Source: Octopus vulgaris (taxonomy: Eukaryota). From it: DNA of 64,000 bases. Of the stretch, positions 63,677 through 64,000 are shown in pieces (position 1 is the first letter of the stretch; each line of letters starts with the position of its first letter). Location of the stretch: contig OX597815.1 in NCBI GenBank assembly GCA_951406725.2, positions 16,306,001 through 16,370,000 of the forward strand. The letters run 5' to 3'. The position numbers and the translations under genes were made by a program. Below the pieces are notes generated by a model. It made no database searches and was not told the DNA's origin. It was given only the letters and a program-made list of their open reading frames with translations.

Positions 63677-64000
63677 TCTCTATATAAATAAACGGCAAAA
63701 TGTCTGTCTGTGTGTGTGTCATTTATACAAATTCACAATTTTTCAGTTAGAGGGCTCGCACTTTCTATAGTCATTCAAAACCATCCAAGGGTGGTCGTTC
63801 ACATCTTTACATTTCCCCAGTCACCCCGCAAAGCCATTAAAAAATCAATAGAAGTGACTTTTTTGTGAATTTTCTATCCAAAACCCAATCAAAATGCCCG
63901 AAACTTGATACGCCAATTGAATGTCAGCTAGCTGTATGTGATTGGTCGGAGATTTGGACAGTACTAGCGTATATGTGTGCACGCATGCAGCTGTATATGC
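63677..64000 (+). mobile_element. Helitron-like 5' end (truncated by the window edge)
   Basis: A|TCTCTATATAAATAAA followed by a TGTC/TG microsatellite, like the element at 48983. Confidence 0.5.

Overview
AT-rich, repeat-dense animal genomic DNA, most likely octopus or another coleoid cephalopod (inferred from the tRNA-derived SINE families and the (GAT)n-tailed RTE repeat). Three spliced protein-coding genes can be rebuilt by hand with GT-AG introns and consistent reading phases. (1) The 5' part of ATM on the minus strand: six coding exons at 869-11360 (265 aa, TAN motif), running off the left edge. (2) A complete 12-exon PMPCA (mitochondrial processing peptidase alpha, 523 aa) on the minus strand at 24429-44603. 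(3) The first three exons of RSPH9 on the plus strand at 52222-63330, with RFX- and forkhead-like promoter motifs. The rest is mostly decayed transposons: RTE, CR1, Tx1 and RLE LINEs, tRNA-SINEs, hAT, mariner, maT, Gypsy/LTR remnants, piggyBac-type MITEs and Helitrons. Most ORFs in the supplied track are repeat artefacts. Two observations stand out. First, several unrelated fold-back elements each carry a minimal hammerhead-ribozyme-like module; the position 3:8 pair differs between families (C-G, G-C, U-A), and in both intronic cases the copy in the host's sense strand is the disrupted one. Second, head-to-tail SINE multimers share one precise self-complementary junction at four separate loci. 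Both are unverified hypotheses from manual reading.
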